From the NCBI GenBank assembly GCA_021296315.1, contig JAGWAO010000009.1, forward strand, positions 1,976-43,892: a stretch of 41,917 nucleotides of DNA. The letters run 5' to 3'. Positions 16,973-26,799 of the stretch are shown here, one piece after another. Position 1 is the first letter of the stretch. Each line of letters begins with the position of its first letter. The position numbers were made by a program, and so were the translations under genes. Source of the stretch: Acidimicrobiia bacterium (GTDB taxonomy: Bacteria > Actinomycetota > Acidimicrobiia > Acidimicrobiales > Aldehydirespiratoraceae). Below the pieces are notes generated by a model. It was not told the origin of the DNA and searched no databases. It was given only the letters and a program-made list of their open reading frames with translations.

Positions 16973-18118
16973 GCGCTCGAGGATGGTGACGTTGGCCTGG
17001 CCCCCACCCTCGCACATGGTCTGCAGGCCCCAGCGTCCGCCGGTGCGCTCCAACTCGTGCAGCAGGGTGGTCATCAGCTTGGCTCCGGTGCAGCCCAGCG
17101 GATGTCCCAATGCTATGGCACCGCCGTTGACGTTGACCTTGGAGTGGGGAATGTCGTGCTCATGCATCCAAGCCATCGGCACCGGCGCAAAGGCCTCGTT
17201 GCACTCGAACAGGTCGAAGTCGTCGATGGCCATGCCGGTGCGCTCCAAGGCGTAGGCGGTGGCCGGGATCGGTCCGGTCAGCATGTAGATCGGGTCGTCG
17301 CCGCGCACCGACATGTGGTGGATCCGGGCGCGTGGCTGGAGGCCGTGGACCTCGAGGGACCGCTCGGATGCGACCAGCAGAGCCGCGGCGCCGTCGCTGA
17401 TCTGGCTGGAGACCGCGGCGGTGAGCCGCCCGCCCTCGGTGAGCGGCGGCAGCGACTGCATCTTCTCAAGAGAAGTGTCGCGGCGGGGACCCTCGTCGGT
17501 GGTGACGCCGGCGACCGGCTCGATCTCGGCGGTGAAGCGTCCCTCGTCGATGGCCCGGATGGCCCGGCGGTGGCTCTCGAGCGCGTAGTCCTCCATGTCG
17601 GCCCGGCTGAAGTCCCACTTCTCCGCGATCATCTCCGCGCCCCGGAATTGCGAGACCTCCTGGGTGCCGTAACGCTGCACCCATCCCGCCGATCCACCGA
17701 ACGGATCGGCGTGGCCCAGGGCCTCAGCGGCCACCAGGGCGGTGCCGATGGGCACCATCGACATGTTCTGGACCCCGCCCGCCACGACCAGATCGTTCAC
17801 GCCGGCCATGACGCCCAACGCCGCGAAGCTGACCGCCTGCTGGCCCGACCCGCACTGGCGGTCCACGGTGACGCCGGGCACGGCCTCGGGCAGGCCCGCG
17901 GCCAGCCAGCAGGTGCGGGCGATGTCCCCCGCGTTGGGACCCACGTTGTCGAGGTTCCCGAAGATCACGTCCTCTACGGCCATGGGGTCGACGCCGGTTC
18001 GGCGCAGCAGCGCCTTGATGGCCGCGGCCCCGAGGTCGGCGGGATGCACCTCGGACAGCCCTCCGCCGCGCCGGCCCGTGGGCGTGCGCACCGCGTCGAC
18101 TATGTAAGCCTCACTCAT
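16940..18118 (-). CDS. fadA: Acetyl-CoA C-acyltransferase (thiolase; resembles actinobacterial FadA6 type)
   Basis: DAVRTP, VDRQCGSG, NEAFA, GGAIALGHPLG, MCEGGG. Confidence 0.93.
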   Translation of the reverse strand: MSEAYIVDAVRTPTGRRGGGLSEVHPADLGAAAIKALLRRTGVDPMAVEDVIFGNLDNVGPNAGDIARTCWLAAGLPEAVPGVTVDRQCGSGQQAVSFAALGVMAGVNDLVVAGGVQNMSMVPIGTALVAAEALGHADPFGGSAGWVQRYGTQEVSQFRGAEMIAEKWDFSRADMEDYALESHRRAIRAIDEGRFTAEIEPVAGVTTDEGPRRDTSLEKMQSLPPLTEGGRLTAAVSSQISDGAAALLVASERSLEVHGLQPRARIHHMSVRGDDPIYMLTGPIPATAYALERTGMAIDDFDLFECNEAFAPVPMAWMHEHDIPHSKVNVNGGAIALGHPLGCTGAKLMTTLLHELERTGGRWGLQTMCEGGGQANVTILERLEAESVSGNP

Positions 18119-18132
18119 CGCAGATCCCCCTT

Positions 18133-18159
18133 GGGATAATGTCCGTATCGATTATGCCC
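18133..18159. promoter_or_regulatory. AT-rich inverted repeat upstream of thiolase (candidate operator or -10 element)
   Basis: ggg-ataat-N10-attat-gccc; CATAAT on the minus strand. Confidence 0.35.
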
Positions 18160-18187
18160 CGACGCGGCCTCGGAGGGCGCTATGGGG

Positions 18188-19291
18188 TCATCCGAATTCA
18201 GGGATCACCTGGGCGCCCATCAACTCGATGGTCTGCATCACCTTGCCGTGGGGCACCTTGTAGGGGTTGAACAAGCAGAACACCATGTCGCAGCCGGTGG
18301 CCTCGTAGGCCCGGAACATCTCGATGGCCCGCTCGGGGTCGCCGCACACGCAGGCGTTGGTCTCCATCAGGTAGTCCATGGTGAGGTGCTCGATCGAGCC
18401 GTCCTCGACACGGTCCGCGGTCCGGCCCAGATAGTCGTAGGTGCCCAACTCGTCCTCCATCTCCCGCAACCACTGGGCCACCGACCCGATGAGGCGGGCC
18501 CCCGTCTTGGGGTACCACTCGAAGGACTCGGCGGACACCTCGACCGACTCGGACAGCGTCGGCGCCACGTTGACCATGGTGAAGGTGGCGGCCTGGTCGT
18601 TCACGAACCGCCCGATCGGGTCGGTGCACGCCCCGATGCCCTCCCGGTAGATGGCGATTCGCCGAGCCAGCTCCTCGGGGGGCGTGCCCACCGAGAACGA
18701 CAGCAGCCCCAGGCCCGCCTCGCCGATCATGCGGTGCCCGCCGTCGGAGCTGGTGGCGGCCCACAGCGGGGGGTGGGGCGACTGCAGCGGCTTGGGCAGC
18801 ACCCGGCGAGATGGCATCTGCCAGTAGTGACCGTCCCATTCGAGCTCGTCGCGGGTCATGGCGGCGACGGTCATCTCCAGCGCCTCCCGCCACATGGCCC
18901 GGGTCTCGCTGGGATGGATGCCGAACCCCTCCAACTCGGCACGCGTCGCCGACCGGCCCGTGCCCAACTCAACCCGACCGTTGGACAGCAGGTCGAGCAC
19001 GGCGACCGACTCGGCCGTGCGCACCGGATGGTTGTAGGGCTTGGGCATGAGGCGCACCCCGTAGCCGAGCCGCAGGTTCTCGGTGACCGCGGCGAGGTGG
19101 CCGTAGAGCACCTCGGGATTGGAGCAGTGGGAGAACTCCTCGAGGAAGTGGTGCTCCACCGTCCACACCGAGTGGAACCCGACCTTGTCGCCCAGACGGA
19201 CCTGCTCCACCACCTCCTCGTAGGCCCGGTGCTCGCTGCGCTGCGACCAGGGCCGGGCCACCGGGATCTCGTAGAACATGGCGAACTTCAC
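18188..19291 (-). CDS. LLM-class flavin-dependent oxidoreductase/monooxygenase
   Basis: GFHSVWTVEHHFLEEFSH, HPVRTAE, LDLLSNGRVELGTGRS, PKPLQSPHPPLW. Confidence 0.92.
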   Translation of the reverse strand: MKFAMFYEIPVARPWSQRSEHRAYEEVVEQVRLGDKVGFHSVWTVEHHFLEEFSHCSNPEVLYGHLAAVTENLRLGYGVRLMPKPYNHPVRTAESVAVLDLLSNGRVELGTGRSATRAELEGFGIHPSETRAMWREALEMTVAAMTRDELEWDGHYWQMPSRRVLPKPLQSPHPPLWAATSSDGGHRMIGEAGLGLLSFSVGTPPEELARRIAIYREGIGACTDPIGRFVNDQAATFTMVNVAPTLSESVEVSAESFEWYPKTGARLIGSVAQWLREMEDELGTYDYLGRTADRVEDGSIEHLTMDYLMETNACVCGDPERAIEMFRAYEATGCDMVFCLFNPYKVPHGKVMQTIELMGAQVIPEFG

Positions 19292-19302
19292 AGGGGACGC
19301 TC

Positions 19303-20100
19303 CTATGTAGTCGCGGGCTTGCGCCCGATGGTGGCTATCGACGTTGGTCCGAGCATGGCGAAACCCGGCTCCCGCATCTGCTCCAGGGCGGCGGCCGCGT
19401 CCGGCTCCGCCACTGCACCCGCCTCAACCAGCCGCGGCACGGCCCGCTCCAGGGCAAGGAACCACCATTCCCCGCTCGCCTCATGGGGCCGCATGATCCT
19501 CACCTTGCCAATCGCGTCCAGGTCCTCGAGGCCGAGTTCCCGCATCCAGCCCAAGACACGCACTCCCGCGTTGGGATCTCGCCATTGCGGAGTCGTAGCA
19601 CTGGCCACCATGCGGTGGATCGAGCGGAGGGGCTCGGGAAGAGCCTGCTCGGCGAACTCAGCCATGGCGCCGTCCTCGATCACCATGGCCCCTCCCGGCC
19701 GTAGTGCCTCGTTGAGCCGAGCCAACACCTCGACGCGTTCGGGTATGTGCTGGATCACCGCCCGTGCGTGGACCAGATGGAAGTGCCCGGCCGGCAGCTG
19801 ATCGCGGGCCGCGTCGTGCTGACGCACGATCACGTTCGAGGGCATAGACGCATGGAAGCGGAGGTCGATGTCGGTCGACATCACCCTGCCGTCGGGGCCG
19901 ACCTGCTCGGCCAGCCACGCCGAGACGCTGCCGGTGCCTGCGCCCAGCTCCAGCACGTGCATGCCGGGCTCGATGCCGACCCGGGTGAGCAGCCGGAAGG
20001 TTCCAGGATCGAGCGATTCAGCCAGCATGGCCAGACGGACGCGCTCTAGGTCTACGTCGTCGTCGCTCACGCCGTAGCGTTCGCTGTGCACCTCCGCCAC
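19303..20100 (-). CDS. Class I SAM-dependent methyltransferase
   Basis: VLELGAGTG, STDID, FHLVHAR, ALRPGG. Confidence 0.9.
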   Translation of the reverse strand: MAEVHSERYGVSDDDVDLERVRLAMLAESLDPGTFRLLTRVGIEPGMHVLELGAGTGSVSAWLAEQVGPDGRVMSTDIDLRFHASMPSNVIVRQHDAARDQLPAGHFHLVHARAVIQHIPERVEVLARLNEALRPGGAMVIEDGAMAEFAEQALPEPLRSIHRMVASATTPQWRDPNAGVRVLGWMRELGLEDLDAIGKVRIMRPHEASGEWWFLALERAVPRLVEAGAVAEPDAAAALEQMREPGFAMLGPTSIATIGRKPATT

Positions 20101-20146
20101 GGGTGCAGAGGGTAACGGTCATTTCTGAGCGTCAACGAGGGAGCCT

Positions 20147-21391
20147 GTGGTTCGACACCGCTCCGATCAAGACTCCGGGGTCTGCGACGACACCGCGGAG
20201 CAGGCCGAGTTCAGGGCCAGAGTGCGGTCCTGGCACGATCGCCACGCCACTGTTCGGTCTCACGACGACCTGTGGAGGGTGCCGCTCTACGTCGACGAGG
20301 CCCGGGCCGAGGAATCCTTCCAGAACGGGAGGGCCTGGCAGCGCACCCTGTTCGAGCACGGCTGGGCCGGGCTCACGTGGCCCCGCGCCTACGGCGGGGG
20401 CGGGGGCGAGCCCTGGCAGGCCCGAATCTTCTCCGAGGTGGCGGCGGGCTACGAGGAGTGGCCCGGTTTCATCGGCGCGACCATCGCCATGCTCGGACCC
20501 ACGCTGCTGCGCCACGGCACCGAGGAGCAGAAGCGCCGTTTCGTGCCCGGCCTCCTGTCGGGGGAGCTGGCCTTCTGCCAGCTGTTCAGCGAGCCGGGCG
20601 CGGGGAGCGACCTGGCCGGGCTGGCCATGCAGGCCCAGCGCGACGGCGATGAATTCGTGGTGAACGGCCAGAAGGTGTGGAACTCCCAGGCCCAGTTCTG
20701 CGACTGGGGGTTCCTGCTGGTGCGGACCGATCCCGACGCGCCCAAGCACCGGGGCATCACCTTCCTTCTCGTGGAGATGGGCTCGCCGGGGATCGAGGCC
20801 CGACCCCTCGTGCAGATGAATGGCTCGGCCCACTTCAACGAGGTCTTCTTCGACGACGTGCGTGTACCGGCGGCCAACGTGGTGGGCGATGTCGACGGGG
20901 GCTGGGGACCGGCCCGCGCGGTCCTGCTCAACGAGTCGGCCTTCATCGGCGACCGCAGGGGGACGAGCATCATGGCACCGCTGTCGGAGCTGGCCCGCCG
21001 CCACGGCCGGCTCGGCGACCCACTCGTGCGTCAGCGGCTGGTCGACGCTTGGGCCCGCGAGCGGATGCAGGGCTGGATGGGCGAGACCATCCAGAACGCG
21101 GTGCGCCGGCGCGAGCCGCCCCCCATCGACCCCGGGATCATGAAGCTGTTCGCCGCCGAGTCGAAGCGGCGCAGCGGCGACTTGGCCGCGTCGCTCGGCG
21201 GCCTGGCCGTGGTGGCCGACTGGAACGAGCCGGCCCGATGGGCCCGCCACGAGCTGATGGGCCGGTACGCGGTCTCTATCGGCGGCGGGACCGACGAGGT
21301 GATGCGCAACAACGTGGCCGAGCGGGCCCTCGGCCTGCCCAGGGAGCCCAGCGTCGACAGGAATGTCCCCTGGCGGGACATTCCCCGGTGA
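20147..21391 (+). CDS. Acyl-CoA dehydrogenase
   Basis: CQLFSEPGAGSDLA, NGQKVWNS, FNEVFFDDV, IGGGTDEVMRN. Exact start uncertain. Confidence 0.93.
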   Translation: MVRHRSDQDSGVCDDTAEQAEFRARVRSWHDRHATVRSHDDLWRVPLYVDEARAEESFQNGRAWQRTLFEHGWAGLTWPRAYGGGGGEPWQARIFSEVAAGYEEWPGFIGATIAMLGPTLLRHGTEEQKRRFVPGLLSGELAFCQLFSEPGAGSDLAGLAMQAQRDGDEFVVNGQKVWNSQAQFCDWGFLLVRTDPDAPKHRGITFLLVEMGSPGIEARPLVQMNGSAHFNEVFFDDVRVPAANVVGDVDGGWGPARAVLLNESAFIGDRRGTSIMAPLSELARRHGRLGDPLVRQRLVDAWARERMQGWMGETIQNAVRRREPPPIDPGIMKLFAAESKRRSGDLAASLGGLAVVADWNEPARWARHELMGRYAVSIGGGTDEVMRNNVAERALGLPREPSVDRNVPWRDIPR

Positions 21392-21404
21392 TCACGCGGA
21401 GACC

Positions 21405-21554
21405 CCAGGGGCTGCGCTGACGGGCGGGCGTCCGTCGCGATGCGGCGGTGTCACTCCCGCTCTTGTTCGCTGCGCTGACGGGCCGCTCGGGCCACGGCCT
21501 CACTCAGCGCTGCCACAACGCCCCCGACTCGCCGCCTACCCGCTCGGCCTCTAG
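21405..21554 (-). repeat. Dispersed element, copy E
   Basis: CCAG 21405-21408; core 21454-21503 (4 mismatches); cgctcggcctctag 21541-21554. Confidence 0.9.
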
Positions 21555-22415
21555 GGCCGGGATCACGCCGTAGGTCACGCCGAGCCGGCTGAGCCAGCGT
21601 CGATAGGCGATCGCGGAGCGGTCGGCCCGGATCGGGGTCTCGGCCCGGGGGTCCAGCGGCAGCAGCTTGGGGTGCTGGTTCTCGAGTATGGGCTTGTCCT
21701 GGGCGATCACTTCCTGCTGGAAACGGCGGATCTGTTGGTCGGCGCTCACCTGGTCGAGCACGCTGAGGAACAGGTGGGCCCTGATGCGGGTGTCGGTGAG
21801 GGGGTGGATGAAGATGCCGATGGCATCCATCCGGTCGGCATCGGACGGCGACGACTTGTAGAGCATGGCGCTGTAGGGGTGGGGCACCCGGTAGATGTAC
21901 TCGGCCAGCACCGCCTGCGAGGAGGCCGCCGCGGCGCGCGGCTGGTAGAAGACGCAGTCGACGGCCCAGAGCTCACCGTCCCGCTCCTCGACTCGGTACT
22001 CGGCCACCTCGGTGTGGGGCTCCTCGCCGAGCACCCCGGCATGAACGTAGGGGAAGTGAGCCATGTCCAGGAAGTTCTCCACCGCCCGCGGCGCTGAGAC
22101 CTGGATGCCGACGGTCAGCGCGTTGAGGGTTCGCCGGTCGTCCTCGTAGGTCTCGGGAACGGCGAACACGCCGCCGTCGGGCTCGCCGAGGGTGGTCCAC
22201 AGGTACCCGTAGTCGGTGCGAACCTCGAGCTCGCCACCGCTCTCGGTCCGGGCCCGGGCCGTTCCGTCATCGTCGATCCAGCACGTCAGAGGCGCGCCCA
22301 GAAGCAGGGTGCGCAGCGGGCCGCGGCGGATCTCGTTGAGATCGGCCACCGCGTGCCACTGATTCAGGATCACCGGATCGGAACAGCTCCGGGTTCCGGT
22401 CTCTGCCATCGTCAT
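21504..22415 (-). CDS. Rieske-domain-less non-heme iron oxygenase, NdmC-like (methylxanthine N7-demethylase-like)
   Basis: Mononuclear Fe motif ENFLDMAHFPYVH and QDKPILENQ; YIYRV.HPYSAMLYK; P.RAD..A.AYRRWL; no CxH/CxxH Rieske ligands. Matches NdmC architecture as recalled. Confidence 0.8.
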   Translation of the reverse strand: MTMAETGTRSCSDPVILNQWHAVADLNEIRRGPLRTLLLGAPLTCWIDDDGTARARTESGGELEVRTDYGYLWTTLGEPDGGVFAVPETYEDDRRTLNALTVGIQVSAPRAVENFLDMAHFPYVHAGVLGEEPHTEVAEYRVEERDGELWAVDCVFYQPRAAAASSQAVLAEYIYRVPHPYSAMLYKSSPSDADRMDAIGIFIHPLTDTRIRAHLFLSVLDQVSADQQIRRFQQEVIAQDKPILENQHPKLLPLDPRAETPIRADRSAIAYRRWLSRLGVTYGVIPALEAERVGGESGALWQR

Positions 22416-22490
22416 GACAGCCTCCGCTCGAGCTTGCCGCCGCCACAGTAGGCGAATGTCGGCTCGCGACGCGATCCGGCTATGGACCCA

Positions 22491-23516
22491 TCAGGCGGAG
22501 CCGACGTAAGCGTCCAGTTCGGACACCCAGGCCTGCCTCTGGGCCTCGGGCGCGAAGCAAGCCTCGAAGCTGTTGCGGGCGCAGCGGGCCAGTTCGGCGC
22601 GCGAGAGGTTCAGGGCTTGCGCCACGGCCAGGTAGTTGTCGGCCACGTAGCCGCCGAAGTAGGCGGGATCGTCGGAGTTGACGGTGACCTTGAGCCCCGC
22701 GTCGAGCAGGCGCTTGAGGTTGTGGTCCGCCAGGTCGTCGACAACGCACAGGGCAAGATTCGACAGCGGGCACACCGTCAGCGGCGTTTGCGCGGCCACC
22801 AGCCGGGCCACCAGGTCGGGATCCTCCTCGCAGCGCACTCCATGGTCGATCCGCTGCGCGCCGAGAGCGTCGAGGGCCCCGGTGATGTACGCGGGCGGCC
22901 CCTCCTCGCCGGCGTGGGCCACCGGCCGCAGCCCGGCGGCCCGGGCCATGGCGTAGGCCTCGGCGAAGTCCTCGGGCGGATGGTCGACCTCGGAGCTGTC
23001 GAGCCCCACGCCGATGATGTCGTCCAGCCAGCCCCCGGCGGCCCGGAAGGTGTCGCAAGCGGCTTCGCCGGGAAGGTGGCGCAGGAAGCACATGATCAGT
23101 GCGGAGGAGATCCCGCATCGGGCCTCGGCGTCGGCCATGGCGGCGGTGAAGCCCGCCATGAACACGTCGAAGCCGACACCGCGGGAGGTGTGGGTCTGGG
23201 GGTCGAAGAACATCTCGGCCCGCCGGACGCCGTCGGCGTGAGCCCGGTGCAGGTAGGCGGCCATCAGGTCGTAGAAGTCCTGGGGCGTCCGCAGCACGGC
23301 CGCGCCCTGGTAGTAGATGTCGAGGAACGACTGGAGGTCGGTGAACGAGTAGGCGGCCCGGACCGCGGCCTCGTTCTCGAAGGGCAGCTCGACCCCGTTG
23401 CGTCCGGCAAGCTCGAAGAGCATCTCGGGCTCCAGGGTCCCCTCGATGTGCAGGTGCAGCTCGGCCTTGGGCATTCCCCGCACGAAGCCGGCCAGTTCAA
23501 CGTCGCCGATCGACAC
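22491..23516 (-). CDS. Adenine deaminase (ADA family, COG1816)
   Basis: PKAELHLHIEGTLEPE, YSFTDLQSFLDIYY, EMFFDPQTH, AHAGEEG, RIDHG, CPLSN, NSDDPAYFGGY. Confidence 0.92.
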   Translation of the reverse strand: MSIGDVELAGFVRGMPKAELHLHIEGTLEPEMLFELAGRNGVELPFENEAAVRAAYSFTDLQSFLDIYYQGAAVLRTPQDFYDLMAAYLHRAHADGVRRAEMFFDPQTHTSRGVGFDVFMAGFTAAMADAEARCGISSALIMCFLRHLPGEAACDTFRAAGGWLDDIIGVGLDSSEVDHPPEDFAEAYAMARAAGLRPVAHAGEEGPPAYITGALDALGAQRIDHGVRCEEDPDLVARLVAAQTPLTVCPLSNLALCVVDDLADHNLKRLLDAGLKVTVNSDDPAYFGGYVADNYLAVAQALNLSRAELARCARNSFEACFAPEAQRQAWVSELDAYVGSA

Positions 23517-23549
23517 CGCTCCCTCCCCTGTTCACCTCGAAACTGGCGC

Positions 23550-24599
23550 TCAGCCGGCGCCGTTGCGGGCCGGCAGGCCGTAGCTGGATCGCAGCTGGTC
23601 GAACTCGGCCTCGAAGCGGCTCCGCAGAGCGGCCTTCTCGTCGTCGGGTGCCCAGCAGGCGGTGATGCCGTCGAGGCTGATCTGCTCCATTTCCTCGAGG
23701 CTGTAGTCGAAGGCGCCGACCACGGCCGCGTACTCGTCAGCCACGTCGAAGCGCATCATTCCGGGGTCGTCCGAGTTGAGGGTGGCCAGCACGCCCAACT
23801 CGCGCTGGCGGGCGTAGGGATGCGAGGCCACATCGGGTACCACGTTGGCGATCATCACGTTCGACGTGGGGCAGACCGTCAGCGGGATCCGCCGGTCGAT
23901 GATCTCGGCCGTCAGCTCAGGGTCGTCGAGCAGCCTGAACCCGTGGTCGACCCGCTCGCAGCCGAACTCGCGCACCGCCAGGGCGATGTTGTCCGACGGC
24001 CCGTCCTCTCCGGCATGCATGGTCCGCTTGAGCCCGTGGCGACCGGCGGACTCGTAGGCGGCCGCGAACGGCCGGTGGTCGACGCGCTCCACCGAGTCGG
24101 CTCCCATTCCGATCAGCAGGTCGCGGTCCTGGGCCCCCGCGAAGTCGGCCATCTCCAGGGCGTGGCCCCCGCCGGAGGGCTTGTCGAAGTCGAGGATCAT
24201 GCGGCAGCCGATGTCGAGGTCGGCCCGTGCGTCGATCACGGCGGCGGACACGCCGGCCCACACCGTGGAGACCGGAACTCCCAGCTTGATGACGAATCCG
24301 GGCGAGAAGAACATCTCCCGGTAGCGCACGCCGGCCTCCACCGCGTCCTCGAGGCACTCGTAGGTGATCCGGTGGAAGTCGTCGGCGGTCTGCAGGCTGG
24401 CGCAGACCACGGCGTAGATGTCGAGGAACTGGTTGAGATCGGTGAAGTGGTAGAGATCGGCCGGGTCGTCCACCGGGAACGTGACCCCGTTGGCTTGAGC
24501 CAGCTCCTTGATGGTCCCCGCCCGGCTCGCCCCCTCGATGTGGCAGTGCAGCTCCACCTTCGGCAGGCGCCTCACATGCTCCTCGGTCGCGACGGTCAT
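23550..24599 (-). CDS. ADA-family deaminase, second paralogue (divergent specificity)
   Basis: PKVELHCHIEG, EMFFSP, MHAGED, RVDHG, CPTSN, NSDDP. Confidence 0.9.
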   Translation of the reverse strand: MTVATEEHVRRLPKVELHCHIEGASRAGTIKELAQANGVTFPVDDPADLYHFTDLNQFLDIYAVVCASLQTADDFHRITYECLEDAVEAGVRYREMFFSPGFVIKLGVPVSTVWAGVSAAVIDARADLDIGCRMILDFDKPSGGGHALEMADFAGAQDRDLLIGMGADSVERVDHRPFAAAYESAGRHGLKRTMHAGEDGPSDNIALAVREFGCERVDHGFRLLDDPELTAEIIDRRIPLTVCPTSNVMIANVVPDVASHPYARQRELGVLATLNSDDPGMMRFDVADEYAAVVGAFDYSLEEMEQISLDGITACWAPDDEKAALRSRFEAEFDQLRSSYGLPARNGAG

Positions 24600-24615
24600 G
24601 ATCCTCCCCGGTGGC

Positions 24616-25602
24616 TCAGCGTTCCTCGCGCGCGTACGGGATGGCCAGCGCGGCCGGCGCGGCGGTGGATCTCACCCGTCTACCAAGCTTCACCGCCCCT
24701 GCTGGGATCAGGATGGCGACCAGCGTGACCACATAGGGCAGCATCGACAGGAAGAAGCTGAGGTCGCTGGCTCCCATGAACGGCAGGCCCCAGCCCCGGG
24801 CCTGGGCGGTGGTGTCGAGCGAGATCATCGACCCGTACAGCAATGCTCCGGCCACGGCCCACCCCGGCCGCCAGCCGGCAAAGATGACCACCGCCAGCGC
24901 GACCCAGCCCCGGCCCCGGGCGATGTCGGGCGACCAACTGGGAGTAAACGCCAGAACCATGTACGAGCCCGCAGCTCCCGTCAGAGACGCGCCCAACACC
25001 GAATAGAAGATCCGCCAGCCAGTCACGCTCACACCCACCGCGTCGGCTGCGGCCGGGTTCTCGCCCACGGCCTTCATGTTCATGCCGTGGCGGGTGCGGA
25101 ACAGCACGAACCACAACACCAGCGGCAGCCCGACGTAGGCGATGTACACGATCGGGTCATGGAAGAGGAACGCCGACATCAAGTCGTTGTTGTCGAGCAC
25201 TCCGCCTGGGTTTACCTCCCGGAACAGCGTCTTGATCAGCGTGCCGTTTCGATTGGTGCCCAACTGGTTCGAGAGCCCGATGCCACCGAGGGCCAGCGCC
25301 AGTCCGACCAGCACCTGGCTGGCACGAAAGGCCACTACGCAGACGGCGAAGACAAGGCCGGCCACCGCGGCTGCGATCATGCCGATGAGCATGGCCATCC
25401 AGGGGCTCTGCACACCCCACGACAGAACCGCGATCACCGAGTACACGGCGCCGATGCCGATGAGTCCCTCCTGGCCCAGGTTGAGCACCCCGACCCGCTC
25501 GCCGAGCATGGCCCCCGTGGCGGCCAGCACCACCACCGTGCTGGCCGGGATGGCGGAGCCGACCAGGCTCAGGAAGGCATTCTCGATGATGGCAAGGATC
25601 AT
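24616..25602 (-). CDS. Nucleoside-type ABC transporter permease
   Basis: ERVGVLNLGQEG, GENPAAADAVGVSV, GRGWVALAVVIF, APAAL..PY.REER. ATG 25602 overlaps the upstream TGA. Confidence 0.92.
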   Translation of the reverse strand: MILAIIENAFLSLVGSAIPASTVVVLAATGAMLGERVGVLNLGQEGLIGIGAVYSVIAVLSWGVQSPWMAMLIGMIAAAVAGLVFAVCVVAFRASQVLVGLALALGGIGLSNQLGTNRNGTLIKTLFREVNPGGVLDNNDLMSAFLFHDPIVYIAYVGLPLVLWFVLFRTRHGMNMKAVGENPAAADAVGVSVTGWRIFYSVLGASLTGAAGSYMVLAFTPSWSPDIARGRGWVALAVVIFAGWRPGWAVAGALLYGSMISLDTTAQARGWGLPFMGASDLSFFLSMLPYVVTLVAILIPAGAVKLGRRVRSTAAPAALAIPYAREER

Positions 25603-26792
25603 GAGCCTGCCCCCTCGGAGGCATGGTCCGCTGCCACGGCGTCGCTCCCGGTACCAGTCTCCTCGGTGTCGCGGCGTGCGAGTCGATAGCGGGCCGCTAT
25701 CTCGCCCAACGCGATGCCCGTGAGAATCACGCCATAGCTGGCGAAGATGATGTACACCGACAAGCCCTTGGTCTGTAACAGCACCCCGGCGTAGAACATC
25801 GCGGCGATGCACACACCTCCGCCCATCACGCCCCAGAACGAGGCGCCGGCGAGCGCGGCCACGATGAAGCCCGACAGCCCGAACTGGGCTGAGAACCCAG
25901 CGTTCATGGCCTGCGCGCCGGGAGCGCTCAACTGGAGCATCCCACCAAGGCCGGCGATGGCGCCGGTGAACAGCATCACCACCATGATCCGGCGTCGCAC
26001 CGCGATACCAGCGAAGCCGGCAGCCCGCGGGTTGCCCCCGATCGTGTCGACCTCATAGCCGATCGTCGTGGAGCGGAACACCCACCAGAGCGCGGCGGCG
26101 ATGATCACAGGAACGAACAGGGCGATGGTGACCGACTCTGCCCCGGGAATCTTCTCCAGGATGACGGGGACCCTCTCGGTGGATCGGATGACCGCGGACT
26201 CCCTGTCCCGCCAGAACCCCAGTGAAGCCCAGACCACCAACTGAAAGGCCACAAAGTTCAACAGCAGCGTCGTAATGATCTCGTTCACGTCCAAGTAAGC
26301 CCGGGCCAGTGCAGGCACGAGGATCCATGCCGCTCCGGCCAGGGTGCCCGCCACCGCCATGACGATCAGCACCAGCCATCCGGGGCCGTTCATATGGATG
26401 CCCACTCCCACCGCGGCCAGGCCCCCCATCAGGAACTGGCCATCAGAGCCGATGTTCCACACCTTCATTCGCAATGACAGCGCCACGCCCAGCGCGGTCA
26501 TCAGGATGGGTATGGCTCGCAGGGCCACGCCCTCAATGCCGCGCTGGCTGCCGAGAATGGAGTCGAGCGCCTGCCAGAGGATCCAGAAGGCATTGCGCCC
26601 GGTGAGTAGCAGCAGGATCCCGACCACGACCATCGCGCTGACCGCACCGCTGATGCGGGAGAGCGCGGCCCGCCGGGTGTCGACCTCCAAGCGCCTGTCC
26701 AACCTCCACGGCGTCGCCGAGAGCACCGCTCCGGCAATCGAGCCGAGAGGGGTCATGCCCGCTCTCCGCTCTGCTGAGCGATCGATGCCCAT
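25599..26792 (-). CDS. Nucleoside-type ABC transporter permease
   Basis: WNIGSDGQ, VNEIITTLLLNFVA, GGNPRAAGFAGI. Start ATG 26792 or 26756. Confidence 0.9.
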   Translation of the reverse strand: MGIDRSAERRAGMTPLGSIAGAVLSATPWRLDRRLEVDTRRAALSRISGAVSAMVVVGILLLLTGRNAFWILWQALDSILGSQRGIEGVALRAIPILMTALGVALSLRMKVWNIGSDGQFLMGGLAAVGVGIHMNGPGWLVLIVMAVAGTLAGAAWILVPALARAYLDVNEIITTLLLNFVAFQLVVWASLGFWRDRESAVIRSTERVPVILEKIPGAESVTIALFVPVIIAAALWWVFRSTTIGYEVDTIGGNPRAAGFAGIAVRRRIMVVMLFTGAIAGLGGMLQLSAPGAQAMNAGFSAQFGLSGFIVAALAGASFWGVMGGGVCIAAMFYAGVLLQTKGLSVYIIFASYGVILTGIALGEIAARYRLARRDTEETGTGSDAVAADHASEGAGS

Positions 26793-26799
26793 TCCGGTC

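Noticed and set aside
22482-24728. Long antisense or alternative-frame ORFs (also 38016-40388, 18182-19801, 36531-38009, 10946-12229, 3249-4469)
   Set aside because: Shadow ORFs of high-GC codon usage overlapping better-supported genes; no recognisable motifs.
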